Origin: a virus
Taxonomy: Duplodnaviria > Caudoviricetes
IMG/VR virus record: IMGVR_UViG_3300037962_000510
Location: 1 to 46,029 of that record
Length of the DNA stretch: 46,029 nucleotides
Direction: 5' to 3' (one strand)
A program made the position numbers and the translations under genes. Within the stretch, counting starts at the first letter, position 1, and each line of letters starts with the position of its first letter. The notes beneath the pieces were generated by a model. The model worked only from the letters and a program-made list of their open reading frames with translations, had not been told where the DNA came from and did no database searches. Below, in pieces: positions 27,441-35,314 of the stretch.

Positions 27441-27951
27441 GCCTGTCATTTTAATTGACCTTGATGGGGTCATGCTACAGAACTATGAAGAAGTCCTAGC
27501 AAGCGTAGGCGTTAGGTATGAAGACATGATTGACTATGATCTCTCCAATCTCACCTATGATCAAAGGTCTGGCATCTGGGACAGGTGGAACGAAACTGAT
27601 TACAACACCAAGTCCCTGAGCCAAGAAGTTCTTATCGCTCTAGAAGAGATGAGAAAGTGGGCTAGAGTCATAGCTCTGTCTACACCTATGCCCGGACACG
27701 CAGGGTCTAAGTATAGATTTCTCTGTAGGTACTTTAATTGGAAGGATGTTATCCTTGCAGGTGACAAGTCTATGGTCAGTGGCGACCTAATTGTTGAGGA
27801 CAAACCATCGACCCTTGTTAATTTTCACTCCCATGTCATTGCATACAGGCACCCATACAATGATCATTTAGATGTCCCCTTTGTGGACACATTCTCTGAG
27901 GTGCCCCAACTTGCAAATGAAATCTTAAGGAGTTCTGCATATGTCAATTAA
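27433..27951 (+). CDS. 5'(3')-deoxyribonucleotidase, HAD family
   Basis: ILIDLDGV HAD motif I; DKSMVSGDLIVEDKP; HPYN. Confidence 0.8.
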   Translation: MSKPVILIDLDGVMLQNYEEVLASVGVRYEDMIDYDLSNLTYDQRSGIWDRWNETDYNTKSLSQEVLIALEEMRKWARVIALSTPMPGHAGSKYRFLCRYFNWKDVILAGDKSMVSGDLIVEDKPSTLVNFHSHVIAYRHPYNDHLDVPFVDTFSEVPQLANEILRSSAYVN

Positions 27952-28246
27952 GTTAGAGGTCTTAGAAGACATCATTCATTCTGCGTCGGAGAACGCTCTG
28001 GCGGGTACCCTTACCGACACTGCTAGAATAGAACTCTACAAGTTAGCTCTGACCGTAGCCGCAGAAGAGTTTCACCGTGTTGAGAAGGGGGCTAACGGAA
28101 CTTCCATCGTGAAGCCTGACATCCTTATCCTCTTACAACAGATTGCCATCATCTGTGAGCCTGACGTAGACACCGATATGCTCATGGAACAAATGACTAA
28201 CATCATGGAAGCGTTCGATGGCGAAGAAGATATACACGCCGGGTGA
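27941..28246 (+). CDS. Hypothetical protein
   Basis: 101 aa, helical, AGGAG SD. Confidence 0.65.
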   Translation: MSIKLEVLEDIIHSASENALAGTLTDTARIELYKLALTVAAEEFHRVEKGANGTSIVKPDILILLQQIAIICEPDVDTDMLMEQMTNIMEAFDGEEDIHAG

Positions 28247-29018
28247 GGCGGCACTCCTTCTAAAAAACTACGAGCTACTCAACAAAGACTTACCTGATTC
28301 TGTACGCACAATGATGGGGGTGTTCGCTCTAGCACCAAAAGTGAGCACCCCCACATTGGAAGAATATTTGGGACAGCCCTTAGGAACAACTCCCATAAGA
28401 CATCGTTCTTGGTTTTGGTATCACTGCTTAATCCACTCAGACTTAGGCAAATACTGGCCTGAATTCAAGGCGATGAAGAACTCAGGTAATGGTCTAGCAC
28501 AAACACTTTCGTGGCTTAAAGAGCAATGTACAAAAGATGAGTGGGACAAGTTGAGTGATCGCTCTGGAAGTGTTACCTTTAAAGACCGATCTCTGACTTG
28601 CGGACGATATTCAACAGAAGGTGCAGTACATACCATCTGGACAGCAGGAGGAGTATGGGATAGAAGGAATGGTTTCACTAAAATCATCATCTTAGATGAG
28701 ACACCAGATCGTGAGGACCCATCCACAGAAGTTCAATGGAAAATGCTTGGACACTGTGAGAGGGTTGCGAAAGAAGTACACAATTTTGTGGATGAAGAGC
28801 GCACCCTCTACCATGCAGCTCAAGAGAAAGCAATAAGCTATGCTCGTGAGCGGTTCTCTGATCTACTTAATTGGAAGAGTAAAAAGATAGGCCCCCGTTC
28901 TTTGTCTTGGTTCTTTGATGCGGCTGTACCCTGCGGACCAATCAAAGTAAGGTGGGTGAAAGGTGTTAAAAGAAGACGACCCAAGGATCAACTAACATGG
29001 CTACCCCCGAAGACATAA
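28218..29018 (+). CDS. Hypothetical protein, possibly a degenerate PD-(D/E)XK fold
   Basis: GGVWDRRNGFTKIIILDET resembles G-x-x-D...I-I-D-x-K without the Lys; weak similarity. Confidence 0.45.
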   Translation: MAKKIYTPGEAALLLKNYELLNKDLPDSVRTMMGVFALAPKVSTPTLEEYLGQPLGTTPIRHRSWFWYHCLIHSDLGKYWPEFKAMKNSGNGLAQTLSWLKEQCTKDEWDKLSDRSGSVTFKDRSLTCGRYSTEGAVHTIWTAGGVWDRRNGFTKIIILDETPDREDPSTEVQWKMLGHCERVAKEVHNFVDEERTLYHAAQEKAISYARERFSDLLNWKSKKIGPRSLSWFFDAAVPCGPIKVRWVKGVKRRRPKDQLTWLPPKT

Positions 29019-29563
29019 AACTGACCATAAAGAATCACATGCCAAGACACCCCGTATTGGTAGGTTGTGTGCGGCGGAATGTATGGTCAGGGCAGAGCAA
29101 ACAAGATTGGCGTAGGTCCAGAGGTGTGTCTCTTCTTGCTTTAGTGGGAGAGATGCGTGAGGTGTGGCATCCAGATGGGGCCTTTGATGTCCATACATAC
29201 AATGATCACCTGATCGTATTCCGTGGAGGTCCTTGGAATACATACTGGGTGAAGGACATAGTTGATTTGTGGGCTATAACAAGTCAATACTTCAAGTGGC
29301 TCTCTCCTACAGTCTATGTCCTACACGAAGAGAAGGGTACTCTTGACATCAAACCCATAGAGATGCCCGCCCATGAGCACGCCACACGTTATGCAGATAT
29401 AGAAAACCGTGACCCAGACGCAGACCCACCCCCGCGCATTTCAAAGTCAACTACCCACGCTGTGCGCGTGTGCCGTTTCTGCCCCCACAAAACTCGTTGT
29501 GACGCGCTCGACACCCTTCGAGGCGACATCCAAGACTACTCACCCTCTTACCCTAAACCATAA
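28997..29563 (+). CDS. Cas4/AddB-like Fe-S protein, probably nuclease-dead
   Basis: N-terminal GCVRR plus C-terminal CRFCPHKTRC give the 1+3 Cys staple; catalytic motifs not recognisable. Confidence 0.5.
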   Translation: MATPEDIKLTIKNHMPRHPVLVGCVRRNVWSGQSKQDWRRSRGVSLLALVGEMREVWHPDGAFDVHTYNDHLIVFRGGPWNTYWVKDIVDLWAITSQYFKWLSPTVYVLHEEKGTLDIKPIEMPAHEHATRYADIENRDPDADPPPRISKSTTHAVRVCRFCPHKTRCDALDTLRGDIQDYSPSYPKP

Positions 29564-29991
29564 TGCCAAGACCAACGATCTTAAAAGGAGTAACCTACGC
29601 ACACGAAACCGCTAGTGGCAGAGTCCACATCACTGTAAACTATTGTGATGAAAAGCCTTACGAGATTTTTGTAATGCTTGGAAAAGCAGGGAGTGAGGAG
29701 AGGGCCTTGACAGAAGCAATCGGTAGGTTACTTTCAACTTCACTTCAGAGTGGAGTTTCACTCTCAAAGTTGTACAAACAGCTTAGAGGAATTTCTTCTG
29801 AAACTACCTACGGTTTCGGACCAAACAAAATACTATCTGTGGCAGACGCCGTAGGTATCAGTCTCAAGAACCATATTGGAGGACAAGATGGAAAAGAAGG
29901 AGATGGCAAAAATAATTCTGTGGATGGAGTCGGAGATCAGGGAACTGGACGAATTGTGCAGGTCGATGGTTCCCGGCTACGCACCGCTTGA
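29563..29991 (+). CDS. Stand-alone TSCPD-like domain (class II RNR C-terminal / NrdJb-like)
   Basis: ETASGRVHITVN..KPYEIFVMLGKAGS..EAIGRLLSTSLQSG..QLRGI..ILSVADAVG. Confidence 0.8.
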   Translation: MPRPTILKGVTYAHETASGRVHITVNYCDEKPYEIFVMLGKAGSEERALTEAIGRLLSTSLQSGVSLSKLYKQLRGISSETTYGFGPNKILSVADAVGISLKNHIGGQDGKEGDGKNNSVDGVGDQGTGRIVQVDGSRLRTA

Positions 29992-30052
29992 CAGTAATGA
30001 CATAACAAAACTGAAGAAGGCAAAACTCATCGCCGCACGGGTGGCGAAATAA
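29888..30052 (+). CDS. 54-aa hypothetical protein overlapping the TSCPD tail
   Basis: GGAGGA SD, MEKKEMAKIILWMESEIRELDELCRS...RVAK*, TAATG-coupled to the next gene; not in the track. Confidence 0.6.
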   Translation: MEKKEMAKIILWMESEIRELDELCRSMVPGYAPLDSNDITKLKKAKLIAARVAK

Positions 30053-31062
30053 TGAAGACTGTTGAATACTTCGCTCCGGGGTACTCGTCTATTGATGACG
30101 TACGAGCGGAGCATACAATCCTTGATGCCACTACGTTGCAGAAGGTAGCAGACTGTCCTCGTAAGTATTTCGTGAGGTGTGAATTAGATCTTGAACCACT
30201 TCGCAGGTCTTCGCCAAAGATGGTTGCAGGTATAGCCATTCATGCGGCCTTAGAGTATTACTACTCATTCTCAGTGAGGACTAAAGCTACAGAGGAGATG
30301 GCTCGTGCTATCTGCAAAGACACTTGGGACTCATTCAAAATAGATCGTGCGATGATGGACATGAAAGACACCCATCTCTCCGCTGAACATCTAGATAAAG
30401 TCCTAGTCAATTACTTCCACACATGGAACATGGAACGTATTGAAATCTTTGAGCCCGCCACCTACTTCATGGAAGATCTCATCCTTGATGATGTCATTGC
30501 CGCTAAGTGGAAAGTAAATGATGCAGGTTATGTCGTACTTGGAGAATCCAAACTCATTATGAGCTTCAATGTCAAGGGCAGGGATCTGGTTTACTCCGGT
30601 ATCCCAGACCTACCTGTAACCAAACAGGATGGATCTCTTTGGGCTATGGATCACAAGTCTACCTCATCCTACCTTTCCGATTGGTGGGCCAAGAGCTTTG
30701 AAGTAAGCAATCAGCTTCGTGGCTACATGGCTATGCTCCGATCACTCACTGGAATTGTCCCACAAGGGGGTATCATAAATGGAATCCATGTAGGCAAGAA
30801 TGCCGCCAATCCAAACAGCAAGGCAGTCAAGTTCGACAGGTACCAATTCGACTTTGCTCCCGACCACATTGATGAGGCACTAGAGAATCAACTTGGTTGG
30901 ATGGATACGATTGCCCACTACAGGGAAATGGATTACTGGCCTCAGGCATGTGGCTACGGGGGATGTGATATGCCTAGCATCTGCCGTAGAGATCCTGACA
31001 CAAGAGTTGAAGTACTAGCCACAGAATACCAACCATCTACTCGTGACTTCTGGAATCTATAA
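30052..31062 (+). CDS. Cas4-like PD-(D/E)XK exonuclease
   Basis: DCPRKY, GIAIHAALE, SGIPDL, MDHKST, QLRGY and C-terminal CGYGGCDMPSIC. Confidence 0.85.
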   Translation: MKTVEYFAPGYSSIDDVRAEHTILDATTLQKVADCPRKYFVRCELDLEPLRRSSPKMVAGIAIHAALEYYYSFSVRTKATEEMARAICKDTWDSFKIDRAMMDMKDTHLSAEHLDKVLVNYFHTWNMERIEIFEPATYFMEDLILDDVIAAKWKVNDAGYVVLGESKLIMSFNVKGRDLVYSGIPDLPVTKQDGSLWAMDHKSTSSYLSDWWAKSFEVSNQLRGYMAMLRSLTGIVPQGGIINGIHVGKNAANPNSKAVKFDRYQFDFAPDHIDEALENQLGWMDTIAHYREMDYWPQACGYGGCDMPSICRRDPDTRVEVLATEYQPSTRDFWNL

Positions 31063-31937
31063 TGATCAACGTAACAAAAGCTCAAGACATAAGCCCGACA
31101 GCGGGTTCGTTAACCATTCTTGCGGGACCTCCGGGCACAGGCAAGTCATGGGTGTGTGGCACAATGGCTGAATATCTTTCACCTGATGAAGTCCTTGTCA
31201 TCGCTACCCTTCCCCGTGAGGTAAACTCCCACCAATATCAAACCAATAACCTAGATACCATCGTGGTTACTGATGAAGAGTGGGACCCATCGGCAGGAAA
31301 GGCAGGCCTTAAGGCGACCGGATACAATCAACTGTTGGGTATCCTAAGAGAACTACGAGAGGATACCCAATACAAGGGCATTGTCCTAGACAATGGTACG
31401 GAAGCCGCCGAACTCGCGTGGCACGCCGCCTTAGAGCCCCTTGGTGTATTCGATCCGGCTGAACTCAAGGGCAATAAGTTCACACCCTATACATCTGTCC
31501 GTGAAAAGATGGAACAGCTCATGCGTTCCCTATCTCTTCTCACCGGAAAGACAGGGCTTGCGAAGCAACCAAAGCTCATCGCTGTGCCGTGGCACGTTCA
31601 GCCACCAAAGGACACCATCGACGATTCTGATAGCGCAGACAAGAAAGGCAAGGGTGCGGAGTACGAAGGAGACTACCTACCTATGGTTCGTGGCTCATTC
31701 CGTCGCCGTGTATCTGCCCTCGTAGATAACTTCCTATACTCTGACATAGTACAGGTGAGGGCCGCAGGAAAAGCTATGTCCTTACCTGAACCTAACTACT
31801 GCGTTCAGATCGTGTCCGACAAAGAGCGTCATGTCAAACACGCAGGACCCGCCCCTGAAGGGCTACTCAATAACAAATACATAAACGTCCACGGAAGAGA
31901 CGATGCGTGGCGTTCCATCATGGAGATGATTGGATGA
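31062..31937 (+). CDS. AAA-family P-loop ATPase, Sak4-like ssDNA-annealing protein
   Basis: Walker A GPPGTGKS, Walker B-like IVLDNGT; located between the exonuclease and SSB. Confidence 0.75.
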   Translation: MINVTKAQDISPTAGSLTILAGPPGTGKSWVCGTMAEYLSPDEVLVIATLPREVNSHQYQTNNLDTIVVTDEEWDPSAGKAGLKATGYNQLLGILRELREDTQYKGIVLDNGTEAAELAWHAALEPLGVFDPAELKGNKFTPYTSVREKMEQLMRSLSLLTGKTGLAKQPKLIAVPWHVQPPKDTIDDSDSADKKGKGAEYEGDYLPMVRGSFRRRVSALVDNFLYSDIVQVRAAGKAMSLPEPNYCVQIVSDKERHVKHAGPAPEGLLNNKYINVHGRDDAWRSIMEMIG

Positions 31938-32080
31938 CCTACAAAGAGCACGCAGACGAAGCTATGCGTCACCAAGCCCGTGTTACCACTGTGGGCGACC
32001 GTGATCTCGTAGCCGCTCTAGTACACGCTCTCTTAGCGATTGCTTCAGCAATCCATGAGGGCCTTGACAACAAAAAATAA
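31934..32080 (+). CDS. 48-aa hypothetical protein
   Basis: ATGA overlap and GGAG SD; MTYKEHADEAMRHQ...ALVHALLAIASAIHEGLDNKK*; not in the track. Confidence 0.6.
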   Translation: MTYKEHADEAMRHQARVTTVGDRDLVAALVHALLAIASAIHEGLDNKK

Positions 32081-32091
32081 TCTACTATTAT
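32064..32091 (+). promoter_or_regulatory. Sigma70-like promoter for ssb
   Basis: TTGACA-16 nt-TATTAT; predicted start near 32098. Confidence 0.65.
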
Positions 32092-32097
32092 TCATCT

Positions 32098-32144
32098 CGT
32101 CTCAGCTACAAGGGGTTGGGCTGAGGCGTGGAGGACACAACCCC
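32098..32144 (+). promoter_or_regulatory. H-type RNA pseudoknot in the ssb leader
   Basis: Stem 1 CGUCUCAGCU/GGCUGAGGCG (32098-32107 with 32119-32128); stem 2 GGGGUUG/CAACCCC (32112-32118 with 32138-32144); SD AGGAG at 32151. Confidence 0.65.
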
Positions 32145-32164
32145 ATCATTAGGAGTTTGTAACC

Positions 32165-32656
32165 ATGCAGGCAACCATTCCCACTAGTCTTATTGACCAG
32201 TCATATGAGACCTTCCCTGAGGGAACCTACTCTGGAGACATTGATAGCGCAGCTATTCGTGATCCGAAGGGTGACGGCTCTTGGCTGACGCTCAAGCTTG
32301 GGCTAGACGGTGTTGCACCGAATGAAGGCACGAATGATCCGGGCCGTACCCGCTTTACGGGGGACATCACTGTCGCCACCGATGGGTACGATGTTCGTGA
32401 GATTTCTGACTTCTCCGACCGCAACGTCCCGTTCCCTGTTCGCAGGGCGGGTGGCCTCCTCGCCGGATTGGCAGAAGGTCTTGGTATCGTACAGCGCAAT
32501 GGCACCAATATGGTAGCTGTTGACGTAAGTCAGGTGCTTGATGCACTGACAGAGGGTAACTTCTCTGGAGAGCGTGTAGCTTTCGAAGTAACCCACTACA
32601 CTCCTGCGTCTGGAAAGACACGGGAGCAGTTCAACCAGTTCGGCGTCTCAGGCTGA
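32165..32656 (+). CDS. Putative ssDNA-binding protein (DUF669-like OB fold)
   Basis: YETFPEGTY..I..A N-terminal motif; follows the Cas4/Sak4 pair; own promoter and strong SD. Confidence 0.65.
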   Translation: MQATIPTSLIDQSYETFPEGTYSGDIDSAAIRDPKGDGSWLTLKLGLDGVAPNEGTNDPGRTRFTGDITVATDGYDVREISDFSDRNVPFPVRRAGGLLAGLAEGLGIVQRNGTNMVAVDVSQVLDALTEGNFSGERVAFEVTHYTPASGKTREQFNQFGVSG

Positions 32657-32688
32657 GGCGGTAAGCTGACCCGACCGTAGGTCGAGAA

Positions 32689-32717
32689 GGGCGGGGCAAC
32701 AATAAGTTGCCTCGTCC
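32689..32717 (+). terminator. Stable hairpin downstream of ssb (terminator or processing site)
   Basis: GGGCGGGGCAAC-AATAA-GTTGCCTCGTCC, a 12-bp stem with G-U pairs; no U-tract, so function is uncertain. Confidence 0.45.
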
Positions 32718-32775
32718 ACCAGAAAGATATTAGTTTTCGGGGGCAGGTAATGGTATCTGCCTTTCCGCTCGAACG

Positions 32776-33198
32776 ATGAAATTAAAAGCCCTGTTGTTAT
32801 GCACTCTGATGATTGGGTGCATATCGTCAGGACTGGGAAACATGGCAGACTTCGGGTCTGTAGTTTCAACCATTCATGTCCGAAATGAAACGGGCTTGCA
32901 CGTGGGACTTTACACAGGGGGACAAAGACTTGGTACGGTAACGGGGGTGGAAGAATGTATCCCAATACAGTCAGGGCATGTACTAAACACCACAATCCAG
33001 AACCTTATCATCCGTGTCACAAGTGAGTCATCGTTCTCTACCCCTGCGATAGACCTATCAGTACCTCACAAAATAATAATAGGGCCTTGGCCTGAAACGA
33101 GATGGCAAGACGGCCTCTCTTTACGGCCAGCACCCAGATGCGATGGAGAGCAGACGGATGACGAAGAGGATTTTGAAGCCAGAGATCAACCAACCTAA
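32776..33198 (+). CDS. Putative lipoprotein
   Basis: MKLKALLLCTLMIG-C signal and lipobox-like motif; beta-rich mature part (RLGTVTG). Confidence 0.6.
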   Translation: MKLKALLLCTLMIGCISSGLGNMADFGSVVSTIHVRNETGLHVGLYTGGQRLGTVTGVEECIPIQSGHVLNTTIQNLIIRVTSESSFSTPAIDLSVPHKIIIGPWPETRWQDGLSLRPAPRCDGEQTDDEEDFEARDQPT

Positions 33199-34891
33199 AA
33201 GATCTGCACCATTAATCATCGGAAGGGACCCCGGCTATGAAGACATCCATGCCAACAAACCCTTCTACGGTAATGGCGGCAGACTTATCTTCGGTGGCTA
33301 CGATAACATCACTGGCGAGTTTATTCAGGGCTCCATAGCTAGAGCAGGACTCACACGCCAAGACTGCAACATAGCCTACCTCGTCCCCACTTCGGCATGG
33401 AACGGTGAGTTCTACCGCCACTCATGGGATGACATCAATGAAGGCACTGAAGCTCTACACCAACTGATCACAGACCTACAGCCATCCTTCATCGTCGCCC
33501 TTGGAGCACACGTAGCTTATTCTCTCATGCCCCAGTGGGCTACACTAACGGACAGGCACCCCGGAGAATTCAGCGGTGGCAAGTCTATCAAGTCAGCCAA
33601 AGAGAGCATGGACCGCAGAGGTTTCATCTGGTACCCTGACGAGACAGGTCTACCCTGCCCTCTCATGCCCACACTCCACCCTATGGAAGCCTACTACAAT
33701 CCCGTACCCCACAGGATTCTCGTAGACATAGACTTCGCACGAATGGGAGCTGTGATGAGAGGTGAATTGCCCAGAACTTTCTTCCCTAACTTTACACGCA
33801 TCCGCACTGAGGCCGATATGGATCTAGTGTGGGACTCAGAACTGGTAGCTTATGACATCGAAATCACATGGGGCGGAACAAAGTTCCTCTGCATCGCCCT
33901 CTATACAGCAGAAGGACAAGCATTCCTCGCCTACGAAGATGCGCTCCGCGCCGTGGAACCGTGGCTCCGTTCCGATAGGCCGAAGCTTGCACACAATGGG
34001 CAGTTTGATCGGTACTTCCTTGAAGCAAAGATGGGCATCCCTGTTGGAGGTCGTCACGAAGACACGATCATAGGCCATTGGGCTTGCTACCCTGAACTTG
34101 CAGGCAAAGAAGACACAGGCATCGGCTCAGACAAGAAGAAGAAAACAAGAAACGAAATGACTCGTAAGGGTCTGAACTTTCTAGCCTCATTCCACCTCAA
34201 CTACCCGTGGTGGAAAACCTACACCTCATCACCGGAACTGATGGGTCGCCTGTGCGTTAACGATGTCGTAGCCACGATGGAAGCCTTTCGAGTGATCGAC
34301 GCTGACGTAGATGAGTTCGGTGTGCGAGAGCAGTACGAGCGTCAGCTAAAGAAAGTACCCGCGCTCCTGTCCGTACAGAAGAGAGGGTTTTTGGTGGACG
34401 AGAAAACCAGACTTGACAGGGTAGCTAAACTAGAGGCAAGACAGACAACACTTCAAACGTCGTCGTCCGAAGCGGCAGAAGCTTTTCTAAAGGACAACAA
34501 CCACAAGGTGGACCCCGAGACAGGCAAGGAGTACCCGTGGTACCACAGCGGGCGTTGTAGCTGTTGTAACGGGGCCTCACTGTGTAAGGCGTGCAACAAG
34601 TTAAAGGATATGAAAAAACCAACACTTATACTTTGGGGTATGCGTGAAGGGATGGACCTATCTGAACTCAAACAAATGAAAGTAGCTGACATCAAAGCCA
34701 TGCTCCACTCGTGCAAGACATGCGAGGGTACGGGCAAGGTAGATAAGTGGGACTTCAATCCCATGAGCAGTACCCAACTCCCTCTTCTGTTATGGAAGTT
34801 GATTGCAATTCCCAAGGGATTACACGGCAGAGGTGGGCCTGATGCATCCGAAGAGACAATTAAAAAAGTCTATCAATGGACCAAGGAGTAA
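33143..34891 (+). CDS. polA: DNA polymerase A, N-terminal part (UDG-like + 3'-5' exonuclease + thumb with Cys-rich insert)
   Basis: IIGRDPG..KPFYG..IVALG..PTLHP (family-4 UDG-like); Exo I YDIE, Exo II HNGQFD, Exo III LCVND; RGFLVD; DFNPMSSTQL. True start may be ATG 33158. Confidence 0.85.
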   Translation: MESRRMTKRILKPEINQPKRSAPLIIGRDPGYEDIHANKPFYGNGGRLIFGGYDNITGEFIQGSIARAGLTRQDCNIAYLVPTSAWNGEFYRHSWDDINEGTEALHQLITDLQPSFIVALGAHVAYSLMPQWATLTDRHPGEFSGGKSIKSAKESMDRRGFIWYPDETGLPCPLMPTLHPMEAYYNPVPHRILVDIDFARMGAVMRGELPRTFFPNFTRIRTEADMDLVWDSELVAYDIEITWGGTKFLCIALYTAEGQAFLAYEDALRAVEPWLRSDRPKLAHNGQFDRYFLEAKMGIPVGGRHEDTIIGHWACYPELAGKEDTGIGSDKKKKTRNEMTRKGLNFLASFHLNYPWWKTYTSSPELMGRLCVNDVVATMEAFRVIDADVDEFGVREQYERQLKKVPALLSVQKRGFLVDEKTRLDRVAKLEARQTTLQTSSSEAAEAFLKDNNHKVDPETGKEYPWYHSGRCSCCNGASLCKACNKLKDMKKPTLILWGMREGMDLSELKQMKVADIKAMLHSCKTCEGTGKVDKWDFNPMSSTQLPLLLWKLIAIPKGLHGRGGPDASEETIKKVYQWTKE

Positions 34892-34894
34892 CCA

Positions 34895-35314
34895 ATGGCG
34901 TTTCATAATAAGCGCAGTAAGAATGCAGAAGAAGAAGCAGCAATTATATTAGGTAAGTATCTAGAGGGTATAGTCCACCCGTATGGTGACTACAATGCCA
35001 TCGACTGGTGGGTTGAAAAGGGTGGGCAGATGTGGGCTGTTGCTGAATTCAAGAACCGTAGAGTGAAGCACGATCAGTACCCTACCCTGTACATCAGCCT
35101 TAGAAAGTGGACCATGCTTCAGTTGGCGGCACTGAGTGGAGTCCGGCCTTTGTTCGTGGTGAATTTCACGGACGGCCTTTACATGCTCAATCTCCATAGT
35201 GCCCCAGTTAGTAAGCTCTTTGTCCACAGGCGCAGGACTCAGCGTGCTCGCAATGATACTGAGCCCATGCTTGAAGTTCCCGTAGACATGATGGAGAAGA
35301 TCGACAATGCGTAG
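34895..35314 (+). CDS. PD-(D/E)XK endonuclease between the two polymerase halves
   Basis: NAEEE, AIDWW and VAEFKNR nuclease motifs. Confidence 0.7.
   Translation: MAFHNKRSKNAEEEAAIILGKYLEGIVHPYGDYNAIDWWVEKGGQMWAVAEFKNRRVKHDQYPTLYISLRKWTMLQLAALSGVRPLFVVNFTDGLYMLNLHSAPVSKLFVHRRRTQRARNDTEPMLEVPVDMMEKIDNA

Noticed and set aside
30052-31062. CRISPR-Cas locus suggested by Cas4-like genes
   Set aside because: No repeat-spacer array and no other cas genes; the exonuclease-Sak4-SSB context indicates recombination.
32098-32775. Self-cleaving ribozyme (hammerhead, pistol, HDV-like) or tRNA in the structured regions around ssb
   Set aside because: No CUGANGA/GAAA core, pistol consensus or cloverleaf with a T-loop was found by eye.
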